Part shown: one piece after another, positions 13,846 to 26,104 of the stretch
Layout of the letters: every line of letters begins with the position of its first letter
Numbering within the stretch: position 1 is the stretch's first letter
From: Vicugna vicugna
Lineage: Eukaryota
Reading direction: 5' to 3'
DNA length: 64,000 nucleotides
Assembly (NCBI GenBank): GCA_013265495.1
Contig: MU058844.1
Location: 874,941-938,940, forward strand
The notes under the pieces: generated by a model
The model's database searches: none
Told to the model about the DNA's origin: nothing
The model's input: the letters and a program-made list of their open reading frames with translations, nothing else
Position numbers and translations under genes: made by a program

Positions 13846-15206
13846 TTTTTTAACACCTTTATTATGGTAAGATTCCTGTACAGTAAACTACACATATTTC
13901 AGATGAACAATTTGATGAATTTTGATAGCTGTATGTACCAATAAAACCACTACCACAATCAAAATAGCTAGTATTTCCAGTACTCCCCAAGAGGTAGACA
14001 TTTTGAGTTCCCTTCCCACCCCCTTTACCCCCTGGTAACCGTAAGCTTGTTCTCTATGTCTGTGAGTCTTCTGTTTTGTAGATAAGTTTATTTGTGTCCT
14101 TTTTTTAGATTCCACATATAAGTGATATCATATTGTATTTTTCTTTCTCTTTCTGACTTACTAAGAATGACAATCTCCAGGTCCATCCATGTTGCTGCAA
14201 ATGGCATTTTTTATGGCTGAGTACTATTCCATTGTACATATATACCACATCACACATCTTCTTTATCCATTCATGTTGATGGACATTAGGGTTGTTTCCA
14301 TGTCTTGGCTATTGTAAATAGTGATGCTGTGAACACTGGGGTGCATGTGTCTTTTTAATTTAAATTTTCCTCTGGATATATGTGTAGGAGTAGGATTGCT
14401 GGATCATATGGCAAGTCTGTTTTTAGTTTTTTGAGGAATCTCCCTACTGTCCTCCGTAGTGGCTGCACCAATTTACATTCCCACCAACAATGTAGGAGGG
14501 TTCCTTTTTCTTCACACCATCTCCAGCATTTATCATTTGTGGACTTTTTAATGATGGCTATTCTGACCAGTGTGAGGTGATACCTCATTGTAGTTTTGAT
14601 TTGCATTTCTCTAACAATTAGTGATGTTTAGCATCTTTTCATGTGCTTGTTGGCCATCTGGATGTTTTTGTTGGAGAAATGTCTATTTAGATCTTCATCC
14701 CATTTTTTGATTGGGTTACTTATTTGTTAGATATTAAGCTGTATGAGCTGTTTGCATATTTTGGAAATTAATCCTTTGTTGGTCATATCATTTGCAAATA
14801 TTTTCTCCCCTTCTGTAGCTTGTCTTCATTTTGTTGGTGGTATCCTTAATTGTACAAAAGCTTTTAAAGTTTATTAGATCCTATTTGTTTATTTTTGTTT
14901 TTATTTCCATTACTCTAGAAACTGGTTTGAAAAAAATATTGCTATGATTTATGTCCAAGAGTGTTCTGCCTATGTTTTCCTTTAGGAGTTTTATAGTATC
15001 TGGTCTTACATTTAAGTCTTTAATCCATTTTGGTGTTAGAGAATGTTCTAATTTCAGTCTTTTACATGGTAGCTGTCCAGTTTTCCCAGCACCCCTTGTT
15101 GAAGAGACTGTCTTTTCTCTATTGTATATTCTTGCCTCGTTTGTCATAGATTAACTGACCATAAGTGCGTGCATTTATTTCTGGACTTTCTATCCTGTTC
15201 CATTGG

Positions 15207-15257
<51 letters not shown>

Positions 15258-17680
15258 CCAGTATCATACTGTTTTGATTACTGTTGCTCTGTAGTATAGT
15301 CTGAAGTCAGTGTGATTCTTCCAGCTCTGTTCTTTTTCAAGACTATTTTGGCTATTTAGGGTTTTTTGTGTTTCTATACAAATTTTAATATTTTTTTGTT
15401 CCAGCTCTGAAAAAAAAAAGTCATTGTCAATTTGATAGGGATTGCATTGAATTTGTATACTGCTTTGGGTAGTATGGCCATTTTAACAATATTAATTCTT
15501 CCAATCCAAGAACATGGGCTATCTTTCCATTTCTTTAAGTCATCTTTAATTTTCTTAGTCAGTGTTTTGTAGTTCTCTGTTTATAAGTCTTTCTTTTCCT
15601 TGGTCAGGTTTATTCCTAAGTATTTTATTTTTTTGGATGCAATTTTAAAATGGATTGTTTATTTTCCTTTTCTGATATTTCATTGTTAGTATAAAGATAT
15701 GCAACTGATTTCTGTATGTTAATCTTATATCCTGTTACCTTGCTGAATTCTTTTATCAGCTCTATTAGTTTTTGCATGGAGCCTTTGGAGTTTTCTATAT
15801 ATAGTATGTCATCTGCATATATGACAATTTTACCTTGTCTCTTCCAATTTGGACCCCTTTTATTATTTTTTTTCCTTGTCTAATTGCTATGACTAGGACT
15901 TCCAGTACTATATTGAATAGAAGTGGTGAGACTGGGCATCCTTGTCTTGTTCCAGATTTTAGTGGGAAGGCTTTCAACTTTTCACTGTTGAATATTATGC
16001 TGGCTGTATGTTTGTCATAGCTTTTATTATATTGAGATATGTTCCCTCTATAACCACTTTGGTTAGAGTTTTTATCATAAATATTTTCTCAGGTCCTTTC
16101 TCTCTGTCTTCTCTTTCTAGAACCCCTATAATGTGAATATTAGTGTGCTTCATGTTGTCCCAGAGTTCTTAAACCATCTTCATTTCTTTTCTTTTTTTTC
16201 TTTTTACTGTTCTGTGGTAGTGATTTCCACTAATCTTGTCTTCTAGCTCACTGATCTGTTCTTCTGCTTCATTTATTCTATTCTTGATTCCTTCTAGTCT
16301 GTTACTCATTTCAGTAATTGTATTCAACCCTGTTTGGGCACTCTTTATATTTTTTAATTCTTTGCTAAAAACTTCCCTCTGTGTATCTGTACTCTTCCTG
16401 AGTTCTCTGAACATCTTCACCATCATTAAGTACTCTGAACTCTTTCTCAGATAGATTGCCTATCTCCTTATCACTTATTTCTTCTGGGATTTTATCTTGT
16501 GCCTTGGCCTGGAAGATACTCCTCTGTTGCCTCATATAGTCTAACTTTATATTTTTAGGTAGGTCAATTATGTTTTTCAGCCTTGGAGAACGGCCCTCTG
16601 TGGAAGATGTCCTGTGCATCCAAGCGGTACACTTTTCTCTTGTCACCCAAGGGCCTTGGTCCAGTAGGTCCCAGGGTAAAGTCTGGCCTGTGATTGCAGA
16701 TTCCTTCCACAGGCTTTGGGATTGTTTTCGTATTTCTTGTATGTGCCCTCTGGTGGATGAGGCTGGGCAAATGCTTATCCAAGTTACCTGGCCGAAGGAG
16801 TAGGTACCTTCCCACTGTTGGATGGAGCTTGGTCCTGGCCCTCAGGTGGGTAGGTCCCTGCCTAGGGGTGTGCCCAGAGGCAGCTGTGGACTCCCAAAAG
16901 TCTGCTGATGGGTGGGGCTGCGTTACTACTCAGTATGTGGCTTGGCCTGAGGCTTCCCAGCCCTTAAACCTACAGGCTGTTGGGTGGGGTTAGGTCTTGG
17001 TGCTATGACCCATGCAAGATGTCAGCCTCCAGGAAAGCTCATATAGATGAACACTCCTGAATGTCCTGCCACCAGCTTTTATGTCCCTAGGGTGAGCCAC
17101 AGCTGCCCCCTACCTCACCAGGAGACCTTCCAAAATCAGCAGGCAGTTCTGGCCCAGGTTTCTGTGAAGTCACTGCCTCTGCCTTTGGACTCAGCACATG
17201 AGAAATTCTGTGTGCGCTTCCCAAGAGAGTGAAGTCTCTGTTTTTCCCAGTCCTGTGGGGCTCCTGGAGTTAAGTCCCACTGGCTTTCAAAACCAGATAT
17301 TCTGGAGATGACTCCTCCCAATGCCAGAACTCTGGGCTGGGGAGCCTGTTGTGGGGCTCAGAACTCTCATTCCTGTGGAAGAGACTCTGCATCTTAATTA
17401 TTCAGCTTGTGGACTGGCCACCCAGGGGGTATGGGCCCGACTATATTGCAAGCACACCCCTCCTACTATCCTGCTGAGATTCCCTCTTTATGTTTCCAGT
17501 TGAAGAGGATCTTATTTGTTTTGCAAGTTTCCAGTCTACCCCCCGCCCCCCCTATGGTTGTTCAGTAGTCAGTTGTGGTTTTGTTGGAGAGCCTTTTCCC
17601 CTTTTTTCCTTTTCTAAAGTTACATAGCAAACTTCTGGAAAGCTCATGGTCCTACTACTCCACCATCTTGACTGGAACTC
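13846..17680 (-). mobile_element. L1 with both ends present but internally deleted (~3.8 kb), antisense to EEA1
   Basis: TSD cttaagtgtcttaatttt at 13828-13845 and 17681-17698; ORF2 remnants ([12 protein letters not shown]..., [25 protein letters not shown]); ORF1 coiled-coil remnant at 16169-16426; 5'UTR with caagatgg start motif. Confidence 0.93.
15209..15252. repeat. (GT)22 microsatellite inside L1
   Basis: Uninterrupted GT run. Confidence 0.95.
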
Positions 17681-18012
17681 CTTAAGTGTCTTAATTTTAA
17701 GTTTCATTTTATTATTTTAAGTTCTTCAAGTGATTACAATACTTAACAAGAGGCTCTGTTTCACTATTTTTTTGTTTTTGTTTTTTAAGAGGGCACACCT
17801 CCTGAAAACTAGGGTGTTTGATCAAATTATATGTGGTTCATCATAATTTATGTGATTAAAATTCAATTGGCTTTTTAGGGTCCTCCAAAGTATCGTGAAA
17901 ATATATTATGTTTATATTAGTGAAAAATAAAACATTGTTTGGAAAGTAGTTGGTAGTAGTGGTGTGTGTGTGGTTTATACATATGTATATGCTTTTTTTT
18001 CCTTTTCTAAAG

Positions 18013-18162
18013 TTACATAGCAAGCTTCTGGAGACAGAGCGCCAGCTAGGGGAAGCTCATGGTAGGCTGAAGGAACAGAGACAGCTTTCAAGTGAAAAGC
18101 TGATGGATAAAGAACAACAAGTGGCTGACCTACAACTCAAACTTTCTCGTTTGGAAGAAGAG
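18013..18162 (+). CDS. EEA1: EEA1 coding exon
   Basis: ctaaag|LHSKLLETERQLGEAHGR...LSRLEEE|gtaagc; 150 nt, AAG acceptor. Confidence 0.95.
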
Positions 18163-19152
18163 GTAAGCTAGCATTTCAAATGAGTTTATATTAGTACATT
18201 TATTCACTGATAGATTTGAGGCATCTTAAATATTGTGTCCAGTCTTTTTATTGTCATGAGCTTTAACTGGATTTTTTAACTTTAATTTGCAACTTCTATT
18301 TCTCCCCAGTAAAAACATCCTACTTATTAGCTACATTAAGTCATTTTGTTGTGCTTGTGTTTCCTAAAGTTCTCAACAAAAATGTACAGGGAAGGCTACT
18401 CTTCAGCTTTAGGAAGGAAAAATTTTGGGAGTGAACCTTTCAGGCTGCTCAAGAAGAGTCTTCCTACCCAGGAAGGACCACTTCCCCATGAAACTGAAAA
18501 ATGAACAGTTGGTGAAGGCACTGATGTGCATGTAAACTTTGAGTTTGCATTTAAGGATTTTTTTCTTTTAAAGACTAAGCATAAGATTGGATGCTATCCT
18601 AATTTAAGATGTGGTTGCCAAAATGGCAACTATTATTTGGTTGAAGTAAAAGTTATCATTAAACTATATCTTATATTAGAACTGAACGAACACTGAGAGT
18701 TGATATCTGTAGCTTCAGCATCAGATTTTCTTTTAGACCCAAAATCTTAGTGTGGTAGATTGTTATTCTTTCCCAATAAGTGATAGTTATGACTGTTGTG
18801 AAAAAAGTAAAACAAGTATTGATCCTGTTATTTAGATTATTGTTATAAAAATCTGTATGTAATTAATTTCTTGATCATATTAATGTATAAAAACAATAAT
18901 AAACAAAATGCCAGCTGGAGAAGGAATTAGATTACTCTTAGGATGAGAGTCTGTTCCTAAGGAATAATTTCTTAATCATGAGATTAAGATTCTATAAGTA
19001 ATGAGATATTGCCTTTAAAGTTGATTCTATTTGTCTAAATTTAATTTTCTCTTCAGACTTGAGAATTGTGAGATTTGAAGTAATATCAGATTTTTATGAA
19101 TGATAGCATTATGCCTTTAAGTTGTCAACTGAAGGTCTACTTTTTTTTTAAG

Positions 19153-19272
19153 TTGAAGGAAAAAGTAACAAATTCCACAGAATTGCAGCATCAATTAGAT
19201 AAAACAAAGCAACAGCATCAAGAACAACAAGCTCTTCAGCAAAACACGACAGCAAAACTTCGAGAAGCTCAG
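19153..19272 (+). CDS. EEA1: EEA1 coding exon
   Basis: tttaag|LKEKVTNSTELQHQ...AKLREAQ|gtaaac; 120 nt. Confidence 0.95.
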
Positions 19273-19859
19273 GTAAACATTATTTGAATTTTTAGCCTTT
19301 TAAACAGAAATTAATCAAATCATCTTTTTGTTGTGGTGAAGCTAGATAATGCAAAGTACTTAACTATGAAGGGTTTTGATTATTTGCAGTACCTAGATAA
19401 TCAAAATCTTTTTTTGGTTGCTATGTTGAAAAATCTTTCTAAAATATTAAAAAATGTTATAAATAGATTTATTATTTATTACAAACTTATCTATATAACA
19501 TTATAAATTTATTAAATTTATTTAAATAGAATATATTTATTTAAATTGTGATTTATGCATAATAAGTGATTTATTATTTATTATCATCTATCAAAAATAC
19601 CTTATTTGAAAAATAAAATAATACAAATAAAATTTGCTGGATTAGTTAACTCAGTAAAAAATAACATTTTGTATTTCCTGCAGTAGAACTTACTGTTTGT
19701 TGGCCATGTCTTTCCCTGCTTCAGAACTGTCATATGAGCACTGGAACTATAGATGTTGAAAACACAAGTGATTGAGTTTAACTTGTACAGATTCTATAGT
19801 ATAGCTAAGAAGATTGAGAGGTGGATGGTATCCAAATGTTTGAAATGAATTTGACTTTG

Positions 19860-22800
19860 ACATTTATTTATTCCTCAGTCTCTCATTAATTCATTGAATA
19901 TAATTGAGCACTGTGGTAAACACTGAAAATGGAGAGATGAATAAGACACAGCGCCTACCTTCTAGGAAATTGCAATCTAATGATGTGCACACAGAAATAA
20001 TATTTGAATTTAAAGGAGGTGATAAGTAATATGTCTTTTCCCTTCTGAGTTTGGAGAGTGGCATGGGAGTCAGATGGATATGGATCAAAATATTCATTTA
20101 TTCTTTCATTCATTCAGTCGACAAAGTATTAATGTCTCCTTTTGGCCAAGGAAGTGATTTTGTGGATACGGCAGCAGAGAAAACAGACAAAAATGTCTGC
20201 TCCATGGAGCTTAGTAAAGAAGACAAACAATAGCCAAAGTAAACAGGCAAAATATATAGTGTGTTAAGATGGTAATAAGTGATGTGGAGATGAAAAAAGG
20301 AATGGGGAGTGGCGAGTCTCTGGGGAGCTGGAAGTGGGACTGCAGAATTAGATAGGGTTGCCAGGGAAGGCCTCTCTAAGAAGATAAAAGACCCGAGGGG
20401 AAGGAGGGTGAGAGCCATCTGGGTATGAGAGAAAAGAGCATCATCAGTCCATTAGAAGGCCCAGAGGCAGGAGCATGTCTAAGGAACATCAAGAAGCCAG
20501 TGAGTGGAGTGGTGTGAGTGATGAGAGAGTTAAAAGGGGCGTAGTCATAGAGATAACAGGGGGTCAGAACATGTCGAGCCTCACAGGTAATTTTAAGGAT
20601 TTTTACTGTGAGTGAGGTGAGAAATCATTGGAGGGTTCTGAGCAATGGAGTAGCATGATTTGACTTATAATTTCACAGGATTACTCTGGCTACTATATTG
20701 AGAGTAGACCATAGACGCACATTAGTAGAAAAGAAATTGGCTAAGAGACTACTATAATAATTCACATAAGAAGTGACAGGGCTTGGATGAGAATGGAAAC
20801 AGTGCAGGTAGTGAGAAATGGTCAAGTTCTAGATATACTTTAAAGATAAAGCTGACAGATTTACTGATAGATTGTTGTAGGATATTGACAGAGAACTCAA
20901 GGATGATCCCAAGAGTTTTGGCCTGGGTGGTTGGAAGGATAGAGGTCAAGCAACATAAAGGCTGGGAATCCTATTCGGTTGGCAACATGAGGTCACTGAT
21001 GACACTGAAGAGAGCACTTTGGAAGGAGAAGGAAGGATGAAAGCCTAATGGAGAGGGTTCAAGAGGAAGTGGGAAGAGAGAAGTTTGATACAATGAATGT
21101 AGATAACTCCAGGAGTTTTACAATAGAGTAGCAAAGAAAGAGTAGTAACGCCAAGGTGGAGATTTTGGCAAAGATTTGCAGCCAGTTGGGTTTCTCATAC
21201 TGTACCCGAGAATTAAATTTATTCATCTAGTAACAGACTAAGCTGGAAATGACAGCCTTTTACCTTCTTATAGTCAAGTTGTCTCTTAGACTGAGGGAAG
21301 AGCAAGGGGCTGAGTTATTCTTAGTTCTTCCAGACTTTTCAGTTAAATTCTCATTCCCTGCGGAGGAATAAGAAAAGGATGGCAAAGAGGCTAGGCACAG
21401 TCTCTCATTATGGAAACATGAAAAATACTAGGCACTAAAGAGATGTAATAATAATTCTAGGGGTGTGTGTGTATGTATGTATGTATATATATATATAAAT
21501 ATGTATGTATATATATATATATATATATATAAATTATTATGGTAGCATAGAGGACAGTTACCTAATTTGGATAGAGTCTGGAAAAGAGCAGTCATTGAAA
21601 ATTCTTAGAAGTGACAGTCTGAGTTGCAAAGGTTGTAGAAGTTAGAAGGAAAAAGATACTGAAGTTGGTATGGACTAAACTGTAAGGTTTTGCTGGAGCT
21701 TAAAGTGTAATTTAGAGATGAGTTAGAGAAGAGGCCAGAGCATTTGACATAGATAAGTTTATGTAAGGCTTTTCTGTCTGCCCTTGAAGACAGAAAGGTA
21801 TTAGAGGTCTTACAGTAGATATGTCATAGCCAGATTTGATTTTTAAATAAGTTATTCTTGTGATTATGTGAAAGATGGATTTTGGAGAGAGTATTCTGAA
21901 ACAGGAGATCAGCTAAAACACTAATATATGCAGTAGTTTGGATGAAAAATAATAATGGTCTTACTTTAAGCAACTGTTAAAAATGTTGTACAGACAAATA
22001 CGATAATACTTTGGTAGTAAAATAAATAGGACTTATTGACTTAATAGTTGTAGGGAATGACAGAGAAAGGGAATGACTTCTAGGTTGAAAACATTGGGTA
22101 CATGGTAAATGGAGGTATCATCAACTGTGTTAGTGAAAGTGAGAAAAATGTCTGTTTTATAGGGCAATGTGAGGAGTTCAGTTTTGGACATGTCTTGAGG
22201 CACCTATGAGATACAGTAATTTAAAGCCTGGAGGACAGGACCATGCTGTGTATTAGCTGTGAGAGACACCAGTATATATGGGGCAAATGAAATTAGTAGA
22301 ATAGATGTGATCAGCCATGGGGAGACTACCGTGAGTATAACAGACAACTGATAAGACAAGACTTCCTGGAAACACTAGCACTTAAGGGGTGGATGAGTAG
22401 AGGAAGAGCAGCCCAAAGAAAGAGAATGATGAAAGCAATTAAGGAGAACCTGTAGAGTAGAAGCCAAAGGACTAGGGAGAGTCAAAAGTTGGGAGTAATC
22501 AGCAACTTCACATGTGGTTGTTTGGTGGGGTGCTTGATAAGATAAATGGAAAATGTCCATTAGATTAAACATTTAAGAATTAGTGACTTTGTTAAACATA
22601 ATTTCAAGAATGTGATAGAGATGGGTATCTGATTTTTTCATTGAGTAAATGAGAGATGAGGGAGTTGGAAAGTAAATACGCATTACTTTTGAAATTTAAA
22701 TGTGAATTGTGTAAAGACTGGGCAGAAACTGGAGTGGGACTTGTATGGGACATGTTTCTGAGAACAAGAGATACCTGAACATGTTTATAGTCCAGGACAA

Positions 22801-24790
22801 AGGGGCTGGTAGAGGGAGTAATTGAGGGGAGGTGACTGAAGGAATAAGATATTCCTAATCTATGATGTCACTGATGCAGTGGATGGTGGTAAATGCGAAC
22901 TTATCCTGTGAAGGATATTGTTTGAATGTCAGATGGGCAGAGATTAAGAATTTGGAGAGAATATTGAAGCTTTTAAGTGGTTAACTTGAGGAGAACGTTT
23001 GAGGTTGAGAACTCCACTCAGATGACAGGAGTGACCAGATGATTCTAAGTATATAATGGAGGTTGGAGTCTAGAAATTTATAATGGCACCAGTTTTATGC
23101 AGGTTTGTGATTTTGCTCTAACAGTGCTTAGAAATGTAGGTGTGGAGAAAACAGATTGCAATATTGATCTAGGATTGGGCTTTTTGGGGTAGCTGTATTG
23201 GAAATTTTGGGGTAAAAGGAAATGGAAAATGTAGTTGGAAAGAATAGTTAGAATTAGCTCATAACTATATATGAGGTTCAGGAGGAGAAGCTAGGCATAT
23301 GCTAAATAAGCTAGAAGAAAATTGAGGTCAATGTCTCTTTGACACTGGAGAGCAGAAATGAAGTCATGCAATTGGAAGACAGTCAGGAAGTTGTGATCAC
23401 AAAGTAGGATAGTTGAAATTTTTTATCTGAAACAATTTCAAGTGCTTACAAGATCCTGCATGTGAGTGATTGAATAGAATGAGTAAAGGTCCAGGAATTA
23501 AGATGATAAGAATGTTGAGGCTGTACTCTTAATCCTCTGTGTATTTTGTATTTCCCAGGAAATTGGCAGAAATTGGGATTGAGAGAAAGACTAAATCAGG
23601 TTTCAAGTCTTCAGTGAATGAGGTAGGGATTTATAGATAATAGCAACACAGCATAGAGGATAGAATAAATGAATGACATACTTCCCAAAGCAGCATAAAG
23701 CTTTTTTTACATGAGGGAGAGAATCATGTCGTTGAAAAAAATGTGGAAAAAACCTCCCCTGCTTGCCCAACAGAACAGTCCTTATATATCAAAGAGGGCT
23801 GAAGGGGAGTCAGCACCTGTAAAGGGAGAACCAAATTATCAGTTAGACTTACATATAGAGTGATAGTTCTGGAAAAAGGCTTAGGTCTGGAACTATGGTT
23901 TTAGAAGATCAGTGGAATGTTCAGAGAAGGATCATTAGTGGCAGGAACAGAGAATGAGAGCAGAGAGGTTAGGTTGCTTCCCATCATTCTGTGATTAGGA
24001 GGATGAGAAGCATGTTGGAAAGTCACTGATTTCACATATTTTAATATTGGCGCATACTGTTGAGGGTACCAGGTGGTAGCTGACTCTGTCTCAGCAAGGT
24101 GGTGTGGGCTACTGTGAAGTTTGCAGAAAAGCTTGTTAGGGCCTTGTTCTAGATGGAGGCTCTCTGGCTCTCTTAGAATGATGGCGGCAGAGGCAAAGGC
24201 TGTGGGTCAGCTCCAAAACATCAGTGGGTGTTATTCTGGATGTGGGTGTGTTCTGTGTAACATGAAGGCCCCTGGTAAAGTAAAAAAAGAGGGATCCCTT
24301 GATGTAGCAATAGAAGAGTCCTTTGGGGGTATTGAAATGAGCCTTCAGGAGTGTGTGTTAGAGTGCAATCACTTATTTCTCTGTGCATTCAATTGATATC
24401 TTAGAGCATATGTGTCTTAGATACATCAATGGATAAAACAGACAAAAATCCTCCCCAGTGGAGGGAGGCAGATAAACATGAAAAATAAGTGATTTATTTA
24501 GTGTATTAGAAGATAAGTGCTATGAAAAAAAAATCAGGAGAGAGAGTATCGGGGAAAGGCTGCAATTTTAAGTGTAATGGTCAGGGTAGGTGTTATTGAG
24601 AAGGTGACATTTGAGCAAACATTTGAAGGAGAGGGAATGAGCCATGTGACTTTGTGGGGGAAGTGTCCCAGGCAGAAGAAACAGTGCAAAGGCTCTGAGA
24701 TGAGCGTGTGCCTGGTGTGATTAAGGAATAATGTGGAGTCCCACATGTCTGAAATGTATTAAACAAGAATTGTAGTAGGCAGGTCAGTGT
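19860..24790 (-). mobile_element. Cluster of old L2 LINE fragments
   Basis: Several cattcatt/tattta L2 ends and purine-rich bodies (gagaaggtgacatttgagcaaacatttgaagga, gagttcagttttggacatg, gaggtcactgatgac); individual boundaries not resolved. Confidence 0.65.
21463..21531. repeat. Compound (GT)/(GTAT)/(AT) microsatellite
   Basis: Directly visible. Confidence 0.9.
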
Positions 24791-25050
24791 GTTAGAGTAA
24801 GAATAAGAATGTGGTTAATCGAAGATTTTTTTGGTTAAATTCTAGCTTACTATCAATAATATAGATTTATATTGTTAAATGTTTAGTTCTAATTATTGAA
24901 TTAAAATTTGCCATGTTAAAATGTAGTGATTAGTGAAAAATACGTAAGACTTACGAGTTTGAGTATTAAAATTTATTCAGTCATTTTATGTTTGAGGAAT
25001 AACTTTTTAAGTTCTCTATTCTTAAGGTAGTAGTTTCCAATTCTTTACAG

Positions 25051-25254
25051 AATGATTTGGAACAAGTACTACGTCAAATTGGCGATAAAGACCAAAAGAT
25101 CCAGAACCTTGAAGCCTTACTACAGAAGAGTAAAGAAAATATTTCTTTACTAGAAAAGGAAAGAGAAGATCTTTATGCAAAAATTCAGGCTGGCGAAGGA
25201 GAGACTGCTGTTCTTAACCAGTTACAAGAAAAAAACCACACATTACAGGAACAA
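25051..25254 (+). CDS. EEA1: EEA1 coding exon
   Basis: ttacag|NDLEQVLRQIGDKDQ...NHTLQEQ|gtaagc; 204 nt. Confidence 0.96.
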
Positions 25255-26104
25255 GTAAGCTTTTCAAGTGTATTAAATTTCTAAAATTTACTTTTATCTC
25301 TCTAAATCTTACTAAGTTTAGCTTTATTTAAACGATTCTTCTGTCATTTTTAGTACTTTAAAAAATATTACGTATTTTTGACAAACACTATCTCGTTTAA
25401 CTTAGAGGTGAGTTGCTATTGTAGTGGAAGTAGATTAACATCATTTGACAAAGGAAATCTCAGTTCATGCCCCAGGACATAACTTATTACCTGTGTGACC
25501 ATAAGCAAATCATTTCACCTTGTTAGCTCATTTGAAAAGTAGAGATATTATTAATACATACTTGCCTCATGGCATTTTGTGATGTTTTGAAAAAAGATTG
25601 AATAACAAAATAGATTTATTAACTGGAAGTACTAATCAAGTGTTGTTACTATATATTGGTTAATATACAGACTTAGTGGTTACTTATATTTTGACAATGT
25701 ATATGTGTTTGGAATATATAGCTAATAATAATTTTGATAAGTTGCCTTATTCTAACATTTGTATGTTGGTTTAAGAGAAACATAAAATTTAGCTTAATAC
25801 ATTTTCAAACTGAAAATAATTTATAGTTGCTTTTTTTGAAGAATTGTCCAATAAAAGAATTATGGTATCTAAATGAGAAAGTATTAAAGTATCAGGTCAT
25901 ACCACTTTTCTAGTTTGAGTATCAGAGTATAACATAACGTTTTCCCCAAACTTCAAAGTTAGCCTTGGTTACCAGTTTATATGAAGAATTTTGTAGGCTA
26001 ATTTTTAGTTGTAAATTGCATTCAACTTGACATTGCATATCATACAAATATGATCAGAAAAGCCTATACATTTTTAAAAAAAGAATAAATAAAAATGAAT
26101 ATAT

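Noticed and set aside
14355..16426. Reverse transcriptase-like and coiled-coil ORFs as a novel RT system
   Set aside because: Ordinary broken L1 ORF2 and ORF1 fragments with stops, frameshifts and a large deletion.
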